64,000 nt of DNA, taken from NCBI GenBank assembly GCA_009914755.4, contig CP068257.2, forward strand, positions 6,112,001 through 6,176,000. The letters are read 5' to 3'. The notes beneath the pieces are model-generated. The model was not told the DNA's origin. It was given only the letters and a program-made list of their open reading frames with translations, and ran no database searches. The stretch is from the human T2T-CHM13v2.0 reference genome, Homo sapiens. The stretch's first letter is position 1. Each line of letters begins with the position of its first letter. The translations under genes were made by a program, and so were the position numbers. Shown one piece after another: positions 63,801-64,000 of the stretch.

Positions 63801-64000
63801 TTGTGACATATCTCTGCAATGGTCACACAGGTGATGTACCTGTTGTCTATATCTGCTTACTGGTGACATTGCAGCATATTTCTGAAGTGATCACCCAGCT
63901 GATGTACTCTTGTCTTGGATCAGCCTATGGGGTCATAGTGACATATCTCTGCACTTATCACTCCTGTGACGTGACGCTTGTCTAATCTGCGCCTAAAGGG
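57856..64000 (-). repeat. Beta-satellite array (-), at least 90 monomers, truncated by window end
   Basis: 68-bp periodicity to the end of the window. Confidence 0.9.

Overview
This window is eukaryotic, human- or hominoid-like heterochromatin. It contains no prokaryotic system and no intact protein-coding gene. It consists entirely of tandem 68-bp beta-satellite (Sau3A family, one GATC per monomer) interrupted about every 5-10 kb by GC-rich, CpG-rich units of about 2.8 kb. These units are D4Z4/LSau-like and each carries a DUX4-like double-homeobox open reading frame (the DUX4 reference sequence is recalled from memory). This is the LSAU-BSAT composite-repeat architecture typical of acrocentric short arms and pericentromeric or subtelomeric regions. 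There are ten D4Z4-like units: eight are full length, one of which has an internal deletion, and two are identically truncated. All ten DUX4-like copies are pseudogenes, disabled by nonsense mutations (several CGA>TGA), frameshifts, a lost start codon, or homeodomain helix-3 mutations. Subsets of copies share the same disabling lesions. Three structural points stand out. First, an orientation switch at about 16,675 flips both the satellite and the embedded units from + to - for the rest of the window. Second, one junction (56.5-57.1 kb) has about 600 bp of unique GC-rich sequence with a (CCCT)n tract between two D4Z4-like pieces instead of beta-satellite. This may be a relic of the ancestral 3.3-kb tandem repeat. 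Third, the same truncation breakpoint occurs in two separate units. The many ORFs in the supplied track are artefacts of periodic satellite sequence or of stop-poor GC-rich DNA. No tRNA, rRNA, CRISPR array, transposon or operon-like structure is visible. The chromosomal location cannot be determined from sequence alone.
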